From Schizosaccharomyces osmophilus (lineage: Eukaryota): a DNA stretch of 64,000 bases. Shown in pieces: positions 38,062 through 49,093 of this stretch. The translations under genes and the position numbers were made by a program. The notes beneath the pieces were generated by a model, which worked only from the letters and a program-made list of their open reading frames with translations, was not told the origin of the DNA and made no database searches. Numbering within the stretch: the stretch's first letter is position 1; every line of letters begins with the position of its first letter. The stretch lies in the NCBI RefSeq assembly GCF_027921745.1, contig NC_079238.1, forward strand, positions 4,154,001-4,218,000, read 5' to 3'.

Positions 38062-39267
38062 CTAAAATCCAAAGAGGGTGTGTAAAATCACCTGAATACT
38101 TTTTCCTAATAAAGAACTCTGTCTGGTTGTGTTATCAGAAATATTTGCCAACTTTTCTTCTTCATCGACAGTATCGTTTGCAGTATTTCCAAAAAGATTT
38201 TGTACCAACCAATTTTTAGAATGGTCCTTATGGGATGACTTAAAAATATCTTCATTATGCTGAACTACAATCCTCTTCCCAATAGTTGCTTCCGTTTGTG
38301 CATTTGCTTCTATTTGGGTCGTTAAAGGTGGAATCCCTTTGGTATCAGCTTCAGTCATTTCAACATCCAAAGCGTCCAACTTTGTTGCCTGTGGATAATC
38401 CTGTTTATCATCAGAATTATAGATACATCCAACCATAAAAGAGCCACCAATAACAATTCCATTAGATTGAACAGCTTTGACAGCAGAAGAAGGTTCAGCA
38501 TAAGTAAGTTGTAGCCAATTTCCATGACCATTCTTAAAGCTCGGCATGGAGACACTAGAGGCGGTAAGAGAGTTTTGATTGACAATCTTTCCGAACCGAG
38601 AAAATTCATTTACGACTTGATTGGTTATTTCTGGTGGAAAGCCAAAAACAATGACAGATCTGCTAACTTCCTTTAATGGCTCCATAGGAATAGTTTGAGT
38701 TTTCGCGGCAAAGGGAGAAGAAAGAGGTGAAGCAGTAATTTGATCAACATTGGAGGTGCTTATTTGGCGAGAAGAAGGGAAATCATAGATAGATTGAGTA
38801 GGAGGGGCATCTTCAATGATAGAACTTCCTCCCAAACGGTTAGCCCGCAAAAAAGGTTTTGGTGTACCAAAGCTAGGGCCACCAAATTTGGAAGAAGGAG
38901 ATGCAGAGGAACGGATTCCGGAACTAATTGTCGGTTAATAAATATAGACATCAGGGAATTTCAATAATCCATCTTGAAATTGGGCCGAAGACCAAAAACA
39001 ACTATAAGAAAAAACCACTTACTGTGAATCAAAAAACTCATTTAAGGGTGAGCTAACATCTGGGGCGAATTTGCGTTGACTTGCTGTTAAGTGCATCAAA
39101 TGACTAGGAACGAACTTCTTTTCCGCTGAAGATGGAATAAAAGATCCCCTGTTTCCACGCAACTCCCTCTGTGGTGAAGGAGAACGCAGGTCGTCCACCG
39201 AGAGAGGCTTCAAAGGACTTTTACTGTTTGGTGAACTGCTAACTCCAAAAGATGACGAAGGATTCAT
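38062..39267 (-). CDS. nup40: Nucleoporin Nup53/Nup35 family
   Basis: Exons 39267-39023, 38923-38062; [13 protein letters not shown]-like [16 protein letters not shown]-terminal amphipathic LFGF. Confidence 0.9.
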
Positions 39268-39848
39268 CTCTGAACAAAAAATATTTAAGTAAAATACCTA
39301 ATCTTCGTATTATATTATTAGATGGAATAGAATAACAAGACAAATTTTCCTTTTGATTGTTTTGAGTGGTGGTTAACTTGGGCGCCCAAAGCAAGACCTG
39401 CCGCTGGTAATAAAAGTTGGTATGGAATCGATGACAAAACTTCTTAAAGGACTCTTTCTATAAAGAATGCTAATTGATTTTATTTTATAAATGAAAATCG
39501 AAAGGTTTGGATAAATGTAAAAGACCTGCTTTCTTTTCGTATACAAGCAAGCAATGGCACAGAAACCAGCCCTTTAGCGAAAGATATACGCTAATTGAAG
39601 ATCTAAGGATCACAGGAATTGGATTATAACTTACAGTAAGCTTCTCAATGCAGGTCGTTCAGTATCCCTTAGGATGAAGCTCTGTAACGAACAATGAGTT
39701 GCACAGAGTAAACCACAATCTAATATAAGCAATTCATTCAAATTTATTTACAATTTTTGCTTTACATATCCTTCAAATTGTATTCATATACCATTTATAC
39801 ATTTGGCATGTATTTATTGATTACTGAAGTATTGTGCAGTACGTGTAA

Positions 39849-39917
39849 GCAACGGTTGTTTGGATGAAAAGAAATGTTACCTGACATTGTTTACATTCAA
39901 GAGACAAACAAGTAACG
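39849..39917. promoter_or_regulatory. PCB-like (GNAACR) and forkhead sites upstream of fin1
   Basis: GCAACG 39849-54, GTTACC 39876-81, TGTTTAC 39888-94, GTAACG 39912-17; S. pombe fin1 is an established M/G1 PBF/forkhead target. Confidence 0.55.
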
Positions 39918-40085
39918 GTGAAGAAATACTGAAGAAAACAAAGTAAACTTGCACCCTTAACACATAAACGGCATTGTGTCAAAATTCGAAAGGTTTGAAT
40001 ATAATAAGGCTTATATTTCATTGACTTGATCTTTTGGAGGCGTCTTGCATCGTCTTGTGCGAGTTTTTATGTACTCTCACTTACT

Positions 40086-42152
40086 ATGACCGATAATTAC
40101 AAAATCCTAGAATGCATTGGACATGGAAGCTTTGGCAGGATATACAAGGTTCAAAGGCTTTCTGACGGAGTACTTCTAGCTCAGAAAGAAATTCCTTTTG
40201 GAAACATCAGTAGGCAAGAGAAGCAGCACGTTGCAGATGAAGTGAATATCCTTCGACATCTGAAGCATCCAAATATCGTTCAGTATTGTGGCGAGGATAT
40301 TAACAGACTTACTCAAGTAATTAACATTTATATGGAATACTGTGATCGTGGTGATTTGGCAAAGCACATTGAAATTTATAAAGAAGAGAAAAAGAGATTT
40401 CCAGAGCATCAAGTACTTCGCTTCTTTACCCAACTTTTACTCGCCTTGTACAGGTGTCATTATGGTAGAGATGCTCCTGTTACGGAGAACCAATGGATGA
40501 ACGAAAGCCATATTCCTAACCAGTATGTCTTGCATCGAGATATTAAGCCTGCCAATGTGTTTCTTGATGAAGACAATTCGGTAAAGTTGGGAGATTTCGG
40601 ACTATCGAAATTACTGGACAATACCCGTATGTTTACACAGAGCTATGTAGGAACCCCGTACTACATGTCTCCGGAAATTATTAGAAATAATCCCTACAGT
40701 GCGAAATCGGACATATGGGCGCTTGGATGCGTTATGTTTGAAGTATGTATGCTTGGCCATCCATTTGAAGGAAGATCTTATTTAGAGTTGCAAAAGAATA
40801 TTTGCCAAGGAAATCTTTCCCACTGGGATGGTTATTATAGTGATGAGCTTTATCAACTAATTCGGCATTGTCTGGAAACTGACTGTGATGTACGCCCGAC
40901 GACATTTCAGCTTTTATCTTCACCAGCATTAATGGACATTAGAAAGCAACTCGAGACGGAGCGTTTGATGAAGGATCAGTTCAAGCTTCTCCGAAAGAAG
41001 CAACAGTCCTTGAATCTACGAGAAAACGAGATTGCACTTCGAGAGCAACAGCTAGCAGCGCGTGAAAGCGAACTTGGCAACTACGTTGCGGCCAATTTGG
41101 CGCAGCAAGAGGAAGCTCTGCGTCGCGATATGGATAAACAACTAAGAGAGGTGGACAATCGTTACCAACGATATGTGCAGCAAATGGTTGGATCTATGCA
41201 GCAAATGCAGATATCAAATCCACAAATGTACGGTGCAGCGGAAGCAGCCAATGTATCTACAATGGAGATGGTTATGGACACGGCCATTGAAACAACAGCG
41301 ATCCATGAACCAAAACTAAGCCTGAGCCACGTAATATTTACAGAGGTAGCACCCTCAAATATGCCAAAGAAAGCAGTAGCACCGATGCCGGAAGTACCTA
41401 GCTTGAAGAAGAAAGATATGTCATCACGGGCGCTTCATACGACAGCTACGCTTATGAAGCATGCATACAAACCGCGAAGTCCTGTTGAAAAGAAGTCTGC
41501 GTCGCTTCATGACCGACATGACGTTAACCATGTGGTAGATTCGATGGCGAAATTACTGGATAGTTCTTTGCAGTGCAAGAACAAATCCGAAGAAAACACG
41601 AATGATGATTTGCATGAGATTTTACGAATGCGACGCAAAACAAGCAAAGGAATTTTCGACGACGAACAGCCGGAGACGGCGATTCTTCCGGGGTCACTTC
41701 CAGAACATGGATATGAGAGAGCGAAGCAGAGGACGAAACATGATTCGTTAGATTCTCGATACATTGAAAAGCTGGAAAAATTGCATTTACGGTATCCGAC
41801 GAGCAACGGGCGACAGCCATCGAAAGTAGCGAGAACACATCATGGAAAGGCGGGATACTTGACGAAGCCGGAGCCAAAGGTGGACGAAAAGAGAAAAGGA
41901 ATTCATGAGAAGGAAGATGGAGAAGAGGTGGAAGAACCGATTTCTAATGGAGAAGATTATACGCTGCAGATGCCGAAGAAGCTGCAATTGCTAGAAGGAC
42001 AAAAGCGGTCGCCGGTGAAGCAATTGGCACGGTTGAATACAAACAAGTTACGACGTTCAGGCATGGATCGACCTACGTATGGATGGGAAGAAGAGGGTTT
42101 GCCTGGGCAAATGTTAAAAAAGACATGGAATTCCCGAGTGATGCAAGCATGA
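40086..42152 (+). CDS. fin1: NIMA-related protein kinase
   Basis: First ATG 40086; GHGSFG, HRDIKPAN, DFG, YVGTPYYMSPE, followed by coiled coil. Confidence 0.95.
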   Translation: MTDNYKILECIGHGSFGRIYKVQRLSDGVLLAQKEIPFGNISRQEKQHVADEVNILRHLKHPNIVQYCGEDINRLTQVINIYMEYCDRGDLAKHIEIYKEEKKRFPEHQVLRFFTQLLLALYRCHYGRDAPVTENQWMNESHIPNQYVLHRDIKPANVFLDEDNSVKLGDFGLSKLLDNTRMFTQSYVGTPYYMSPEIIRNNPYSAKSDIWALGCVMFEVCMLGHPFEGRSYLELQKNICQGNLSHWDGYYSDELYQLIRHCLETDCDVRPTTFQLLSSPALMDIRKQLETERLMKDQFKLLRKKQQSLNLRENEIALREQQLAARESELGNYVAANLAQQEEALRRDMDKQLREVDNRYQRYVQQMVGSMQQMQISNPQMYGAAEAANVSTMEMVMDTAIETTAIHEPKLSLSHVIFTEVAPSNMPKKAVAPMPEVPSLKKKDMSSRALHTTATLMKHAYKPRSPVEKKSASLHDRHDVNHVVDSMAKLLDSSLQCKNKSEENTNDDLHEILRMRRKTSKGIFDDEQPETAILPGSLPEHGYERAKQRTKHDSLDSRYIEKLEKLHLRYPTSNGRQPSKVARTHHGKAGYLTKPEPKVDEKRKGIHEKEDGEEVEEPISNGEDYTLQMPKKLQLLEGQKRSPVKQLARLNTNKLRRSGMDRPTYGWEEEGLPGQMLKKTWNSRVMQA

Positions 42153-42549
42153 AATGTGAAAGGGGAATGAATTTTGAAAGCCAGAAAGAGCCAAAAAAGA
42201 AGAGGGAAGAGAAAAAATGACAAAAATTGAGATTGAGAATGAATTTTTTTAATTTTTTAATTTTTCTTTTACTTTTTTTTATTGTGAATTATATAATTTA
42301 ATTTTTGACAGACAAACCAGACAATGGAAATGTTTTGCTGGACAAAGCAAAGAGTCTGGAGATAATGAATGAATAACATTTGTGCATGGATTGAAAAAGA
42401 ATATTACTACTTGTATTGCTTGTATTGTATTGTAGCTAGATAAGGTGGAAGGTTTCGAGAAAGAGTAGAGACAACAATGGATGAAAGGCAAGAGCTGCAA
42501 AATCGCCCGAGTTAGTCAAGGATATTGAAGGTTGTCGAGGAAATTTAAA

Positions 42550-42624
42550 AATTACAATTACAATTACAAATACAAATACAAATCATTTCATTTCATTTCA
42601 TTTCCTTTCCTTTCCTTTCCTTTC
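42550..42624. repeat. Compound microsatellite (AATTAC)3(AAATAC)2..(CATTT)4(CCTTT)4
   Basis: Directly visible. Confidence 0.85.
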
Positions 42625-43384
42625 ACTGCAATTCCTTCCGTCGGTTATCCAAAAGTCACGACACAATTGCAAACGACTCATTGTACCTTTCCCGTCAGAT
42701 TTGTCGCTATTTCCCGAGAGATGGGAAACGTAAAGATGAAATTCCAAGCATCTTTTTGAAACACATCAACCCTATCATGATCACGATCCATGAAGCAATT
42801 GATAAATTAAGGTAACCTTAAAAGATCGAAAGAGGCAAAAGAAAAATAATTGCGAGATTATAAAAGTCGTTTGTTTTTTATTTCACCAATTGTTAACTCG
42901 AGTTTTCCAAGAGTTTGTTTCGTCTATTCCATCGTCATCATCAATATCTCCTTGCGGATCCAAATCATCTCTACTGTCTTGTCTCCTTTACCCAGAGAAA
43001 TCGGTGTCCAAGGTGATGATCCAAATGATATTTCTTGGTCTTGTTAATCGTCCCATAATCAAAGCATTCTTTCTTATCCCACATCAAGTTGCATCGAAAT
43101 CTTGCTCCTCCAATTCATCTCTCTCTTCTTGTCTGATTGTTACCTCCTCCCATCTTTTTTTTTTTTTTTTTACCTTAAAAAGAGAGGCCGAGTCCATATG
43201 GGTTGATATCTATCTCATCGCAATCATTATCCAAGCCCGTCCATCCATCACATCACTTTGAAGAAAGATTGAAAGATTTTCGAATTGTATATTTAAAGGC
43301 TTTGTTGGAAACATTCTTTTCATTTTTCTACTTGTCGTTTGTATTCCTTTCTTCTCCTGTGCTTACAGGTTTTCTTTATTAAAT

Positions 43385-43448
43385 AATTCTAATTCTAATT
43401 CTAATTCTAATTCTAATTTTCTTTTTCTTTTTCTTTTTCTTTTTTTTC
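43385..43448. repeat. (AATTCT)5 followed by (TTTTTC)n
   Basis: Directly visible. Confidence 0.85.
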
Positions 43449-44385
43449 TATTCTATTTCGAGACTTTCTCTTCCCATTGACATATTTAATTGTTTTTGGG
43501 TTTACTACGGTTTCTATTCTCTTCTTCTATTGAATTGGCTTGACTCAAAACTCAACTTGAGTCATCTGTTGAATTCTCTGTTTGTCTTGTCATCGGCCTT
43601 TCGGGTGACTTTTGTTAACGTGAATTTTTTTCCCTCTTTCCGCTATTGACTATTTATACGTTCCCTACTTGCCGTTCGTGGTGTGGTGGTTTCATTTATA
43701 ATCGTCCACTACTTTCTTTTTTATTTTCTTCCCTGTTGATTCTTACGTTCTTCCAATTTGGTGAACCAAGAAATTGATTCATTTGTCTTTTTTTTTGTTT
43801 TTTTTTGTTGCATTCTTCTTCTTGTTTCCTTTTAGAATCAAAAAAAAAAAAAAAATACATAAAAGATTTTGAACGAGATTTTCTTTTTTAAACTTTCAGA
43901 AAAATTTCGTTTATTGTCGTCTCGTTAACGAAATTTTGATTTCAAGTCTTTTTTCTACCTTGGACGCTTTCTTTTTTCCTTTTTGATTCCTTGTCCACAT
44001 TCTTTTTTTGTTTGCCTTTTTTTCCTTTTTTTTTTCTTCTTCTTCTCATTTTCTCTTTGTATTTATTTTATTTTATTTTTTTTTCTTAAAGTGGTTTCGT
44101 TTTGATTCTTCCATTCGTTGTTTCGCATTTTCGTTCCTCTCTCTGTCTCTCTGTGTTTGCTTTTTTCATCGTTGGCCTATAATTCTCTGTCCTTTTTTAT
44201 TTTTTATTTTTTACTTTTATCTTTCTCGACAAACGGCTCTCTAGGTCTCCATCTGGATTGTTCTTTTGCTCAACGGTTCTGTAGTTGTCTTTTGCGTGCT
44301 TCCCTCCCACAACTTCTTTTCTTGTTTTGCTTCTGCCCATAGGCTCTTTTTTGATTTTTCTTGTTTGATTCTTTGATTTTTCGTC

Positions 44386-44400
44386 ATGGTCTCCGTTTAA
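44386..44400 (+). other. Candidate uORF (M-V-S-V-stop) in pas1 leader
   Basis: gtcATGGTCTCCGTTTAA; only + strand ATG found between 43201 and 44684. Confidence 0.5.
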
Positions 44401-44684
44401 ACCTTTTTCCCCATTTCCCATTTTAGAGTGTGCTCTACTCTTCTTCCACTCGACGTTTTCTTTGCCTAGTTATTTTTGAACGCAACTACAATCTTTTCTT
44501 CCCTTTTGTGCTCCCTTCTATCCAGGCCGCTTTTCTAACTAGCATTTTATCAAGTCTATCGATATATTCATCTCTTGTACAAGCCCTCACACTGGTTCCA
44601 AGGGTCCTTTTTACTTGAACTTTTACTTTTCTGTTATTATTTTCCATCGTGCTTTTGCTTTCACTTCTCTTACCGCTACCCAAA

Positions 44685-45920
44685 ATGTCCAAACTTAATA
44701 TTCGAGCTTTGCTCGATGCGTTTTCTACCGTTATCTTGTCTATCTATCCTCTTGCTCAAAGGGCCAACCAGCCGTGTCATTCACATACTTTAGCTCTCAA
44801 CCAATTTTTATATGAAACCATTCGCCGTAGTCATACCGACTACACCACCCTCATCCTTGCTTTATACTACTTTATCAGCTTTCGTGAACGTGCGTTTGTT
44901 GAACCCCAAAAGTATATTCCTTTGCTTTGCGGTCGCCGTCTGTTCTTGGTTTGTTTGATTGCCGCTACCAAATTCCTGCATGATCGTAGCTTTAGCAACC
45001 GTGCTTGGTCTAGACTTTCCCAATTGCCCGTGGATAAACTCCTAATCCTTGAGCGATTGTTTTACCAGGGCATTGATTATCGTCTTCTTGTAGCCAAACA
45101 TGTCTTTGCTCGCTGGTCTTTGCTAATCGGCGAATGCTACATTCAAGCTACTTCTTACTTGTCAAGCTCATCCGATCCCGCTTTGGATTTTCGCAAATTT
45201 TCTCCTCATTGGATCTCTTTGTTTTCCAATGTGCAGTCTTCTTTAAACGATTATCTTTCCGTTGCTTACATTACAAAGATTGCCCAGCAAAGGATGAACA
45301 GCCGCATGTCCGCCATGCATCGTATGAATACATGCTTTTCCCAACAAATCCCTTCTTCACCAGAAAGCTCCGCCTCTACAAGTCCTTCATCAACTCCTAT
45401 AATGGATGGAATCAACGCAAACACAAATTTGACTGCAAACACTGGACTGCAAACATCTGTTGTTCAACCTCCTCTCCCAGTGAGCTATCCCAATTGCCCA
45501 AGAGTATTAACTCGGTCGAATGGAAACGTGCCCCCTCAGTTTGCCGTGCCTCTTTTAGCACAGACACCGAATGTGAGGCATCAGAATTTACCTCCTACTC
45601 CATCCTCTCCCCAGCCGTTGTCGTATCGACCAGTACATCCTGAAAGCTTCTTGATAGAAACTTCCATTCCATCAGTGCAGTCCGCCTCATCCCTTCCATT
45701 CCATACATCTCATGCAACTCCTTTCCCTTCTACTATTCATAATGATAGAAATGGCGGCCCTTTTCCTACAGTAATGGCAGATCCGGTACTTGCCCAACCA
45801 ACAGCTCCTTTAAAAAAAGTGAGTATTCCTATGCTAATATCGCAACAGAAAAGGCCGTTCAACGATGTCACAACTCTCTCTCCAAGTTATTCATCTACGA
45901 AGCGCAATCGTCTCGTGTGA
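44685..45920 (+). CDS. pas1: Pcl/Pho80-family cyclin (Pcl5-like)
   Basis: First ATG 44685 (411 aa); cyclin box ETIRRS..TLILALYY, CGRRLFL..LIAATKFLHDRSFSNRAWS; S/P-rich tail. Confidence 0.9.
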   Translation: MSKLNIRALLDAFSTVILSIYPLAQRANQPCHSHTLALNQFLYETIRRSHTDYTTLILALYYFISFRERAFVEPQKYIPLLCGRRLFLVCLIAATKFLHDRSFSNRAWSRLSQLPVDKLLILERLFYQGIDYRLLVAKHVFARWSLLIGECYIQATSYLSSSSDPALDFRKFSPHWISLFSNVQSSLNDYLSVAYITKIAQQRMNSRMSAMHRMNTCFSQQIPSSPESSASTSPSSTPIMDGINANTNLTANTGLQTSVVQPPLPVSYPNCPRVLTRSNGNVPPQFAVPLLAQTPNVRHQNLPPTPSSPQPLSYRPVHPESFLIETSIPSVQSASSLPFHTSHATPFPSTIHNDRNGGPFPTVMADPVLAQPTAPLKKVSIPMLISQQKRPFNDVTTLSPSYSSTKRNRLV

Positions 45921-46756
45921 TGAGGATTTACTTGGTCCGATTTATGTCCAAGTTTTCGAAAATTTAAACGTTTTTCTTTTATTTTTTACTTATAGAGAAT
46001 TTATTCTTTTTTTTGTTTGGTTATTACATTCACTTTTCCTAAATGCTTACGTCGAAATATGTGTGTATATGTGAATACTTATATGCTAGACACCATATTA
46101 TTTGGAATGCAGGGGTTTCCTTAATTTAATTTTATTTTATTTCATTTCATTCTCCTGCTTAGTTTAGCTGTATGGCTATTCTGTGAGTCTATCTTCTCCT
46201 TTCTTTTTATTTGCCTTTTTGGCCGTGGGTTTTTTAAAAATACAATAGAGTAATAATGAATACTTTGTCATTACGTCCAGAATCATCATCGTTCACAACA
46301 CAAGCTCCATTTCAGTCTGAAACCGCTGGGCGTATGGCAGTAAGAGAGCCATTTGTTGTACTTTTTTGTGGAGTTTGATATTGTAGACAAACAAGAGCCC
46401 CTCTCAATATCTTGTTAGCTTAGCAACAACCATAGCAAAAGTAAAGTTACCTATTGTCATATACACACCCGTTTCAAATGCATATATTCATATTCATAAG
46501 TTTGGAAGAAGAGATTTTTCATAACAAAAAGTGAAGATCGTTTCTATACATAAAGTGTTTATTGATTTGATAAAATTCATTAAAATAGAAAATAATATTT
46601 ATTATACATATTTTTACATAGATTCGTTTAGGGAGCAGCACGGAGACCTGTATTAATAGGAGATACCTCAGACATTCACCCAAAGTCATCTTTCCCCAAT
46701 ACCCCCGCGACATACTTAATCCTTGCTTTCCTGTTTTCGACTTGTAACTCTATTGT

Positions 46757-49093
46757 ATGAACGCAGTTTCTGAAGTTGGACCTTGGGAGCTTGGCCTTTC
46801 CTTGGGATCAGAAAGGCAAAACAGCGCTCGCTTGGCGAAGCACAAGCAGACTGCGCAGCTTGCAGTGGTCAAGCCAATATTGGGATGGTCGCAATACACT
46901 CCAAGCCAGCAAAAAAGCATGGAAAGTGAGCTTGTTTTGCTAAGATTAATTGAACATCCCAATGTCTTGCAGCTTATTGATGTTATAACCCAACAAGACC
47001 AAGTCTATGTTGTCGTTGAGTACATGCCTGGAGGAGAGCTTTTTGATTGTATGCTCCGGAAAGGAAGCTTTTCTGAAGAAGTTGCAGCGAAATTTTTATG
47101 GCAAATTCTTTACGGTTTAGAATATTGCCATAAACTTCATATCTGTCATCGGGATCTAAAACCAGAAAACCTGTTTTTGGACGCTCATGGTTCTATAAAG
47201 ATTGCAGAATTTGGAATGGCTTCCGTTCAATTACCTGGTAACCTACTGCAAACATCCTGTGGCTCTCCGCATTATGCTTCTCCTGAAATTATCATGGGAC
47301 GTCCGTATAATGGTTGTGCAAGTGACATTTGGTCTTGCGGTGTAATACTGTTTGCTTTGTTAAGTGGTCGATTGCCATTTGATGACGATAATATACGCTC
47401 TTTGCTTTTGAAGGTCTGTGAAGGTCATTTTGACATGCCGAGCGATATCTCTCCTCAAGCCCAACACTTACTATATCGTATGCTTGATGTGAATCCTTCT
47501 ACTCGAATGACTATGGAACAGATTCGTGAACATCCTTTCATTAGTTATCTCGCCAAACCTAATATTTCTATCCCCATCGTTTCAGCACCCATCCAACCTG
47601 TTGATCCTCTTATTATACAACATCTTTCTTTACTTTTTTGCTGTTCAGAAAATCCCAAGTCTTTGTATGAAAGTTTGGCTTCACAATCACCCCTCCTTGA
47701 GAAGACTTTATACACGTTACTGAGCCGACACTTACATCCCCCAACTACCGCTGCTATAGATCGTAATCGTGCTGTCGTTAATGATTTACTTGGTACGGAA
47801 GCTGCGAAAAACTATATACTCGACGAGGAAGACGAGAATATGAATGAAAATGAAAAAGTAGTTCAAGGTCCTTCCACAACTCCGTTTTCCACTGCTTATG
47901 TTACGGATCCCATATTACGTCCGGCAACATCTGCCTCCCCGTTTTTTCCGTCCATGGCTGGTAATGGAGTTAAATACCCATATTCTCTCAATAATCACTC
48001 TTCTGTCTTTCATCGCCCTGCTACATCTACCTCCGCTATGCACCAAGTTCCCAAGTCTGTAACTCCTGGTCTAACTACTCAATATCCTCACATTCCTTCT
48101 GCAATACCAAGTTTGCGTTCGACCGCGAACATGCAGCATTCCTTTGCCATCCCCAATAGTGACCCTGAAGGTTCAGGTAATCGCCGAGCTGTTTCTCTAG
48201 ACATGTCTAATGATAATACAGGAAATGATACTGAGTTACCATTAAAGTCTGCTACCCCTTTTCCATATGCCAATGGCTCAACTGAAATAGGTCCTCCAAA
48301 AAGACGTGTCGTTTCCAGATTGTCAGAATACAACGGCAAAGCACCAATGAGTTATCCTTCTATTAATTCTGGTAATTCAAAAATGGCTCGCTTTCAAGTT
48401 TCAGAGCCAACCCCATCTAACGAAAATCATATCCACAATCAACCGTTTACTAGCCCCAGTTTCGCAGCGTCTCGCAGAGTTCGTTCACCCAGCGGTGAAC
48501 GTGTGATTTCTATGGACAGGGTATCTTCTATGGGTAATTATGATTGTATAAATGTTCCTAAGCAGCGCCGCCAGTCTCTGTTCACCCAATCATCTTCTCG
48601 AAGGAAGGTTTCTGGGTCCCCGTTTCAACCTAAGAGATCGTTTTTGAGAAGACTTTTCAGTAGTGAACCTTCCTGCAAATGCATCTATACAAGTCTTAGT
48701 GCAGCCGAACTTGAATACGAAGTCCTTGAAGTTTTAAGGCGTTGGCAATTACTAGGAGTTGGTATCGCTGACATTTTTTATGACGCAGTGAGTGTTTCGA
48801 TTAGTGCTCGTATAAAGCGTCAAAACTCCCTTAACCTGAAGGGACTAAGATTTCGGGTCTCTGTTCTTGCCGAATTTTTTGGTTCTCAAGCCGTATTTGT
48901 TTTGGAAAGTGGCTCTTCATCTACCTTTGACCACTTAGCAACTGAATTTCAATTAATTTTTGAAGATAAAGGGTTCTTAGATAATCTGTCGCCTTCGCAT
49001 TTTCAATCTGTCGCCCCTCGTCCATCTTCGAGATTCAGTGTGACGAACAGTCCTTTTGCTGCTTTTCGTCAACGTTACCCTATTCAAAGTTGA
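46757..49093 (+). CDS. cdr2: SAD/Nim1-family kinase Cdr2
   Basis: HRDLKPEN, TSCGSPHYASPE, LPFDDDNIRSLLLKV; C-terminal basic and KA1-like region. Confidence 0.95.
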   Translation: MNAVSEVGPWELGLSLGSERQNSARLAKHKQTAQLAVVKPILGWSQYTPSQQKSMESELVLLRLIEHPNVLQLIDVITQQDQVYVVVEYMPGGELFDCMLRKGSFSEEVAAKFLWQILYGLEYCHKLHICHRDLKPENLFLDAHGSIKIAEFGMASVQLPGNLLQTSCGSPHYASPEIIMGRPYNGCASDIWSCGVILFALLSGRLPFDDDNIRSLLLKVCEGHFDMPSDISPQAQHLLYRMLDVNPSTRMTMEQIREHPFISYLAKPNISIPIVSAPIQPVDPLIIQHLSLLFCCSENPKSLYESLASQSPLLEKTLYTLLSRHLHPPTTAAIDRNRAVVNDLLGTEAAKNYILDEEDENMNENEKVVQGPSTTPFSTAYVTDPILRPATSASPFFPSMAGNGVKYPYSLNNHSSVFHRPATSTSAMHQVPKSVTPGLTTQYPHIPSAIPSLRSTANMQHSFAIPNSDPEGSGNRRAVSLDMSNDNTGNDTELPLKSATPFPYANGSTEIGPPKRRVVSRLSEYNGKAPMSYPSINSGNSKMARFQVSEPTPSNENHIHNQPFTSPSFAASRRVRSPSGERVISMDRVSSMGNYDCINVPKQRRQSLFTQSSSRRKVSGSPFQPKRSFLRRLFSSEPSCKCIYTSLSAAELEYEVLEVLRRWQLLGVGIADIFYDAVSVSISARIKRQNSLNLKGLRFRVSVLAEFFGSQAVFVLESGSSSTFDHLATEFQLIFEDKGFLDNLSPSHFQSVAPRPSSRFSVTNSPFAAFRQRYPIQS

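Noticed and set aside
41507..42223. Cluster of minus-strand ORFs antisense to fin1
   Set aside because: Non-ATG starts and explained by the purine-rich sense strand; no protein-like features
42279..44793. Phe/Ser-rich or Lys-rich ORFs upstream of pas1
   Set aside because: Products of low-complexity T-rich sequence with TTG/GTG starts
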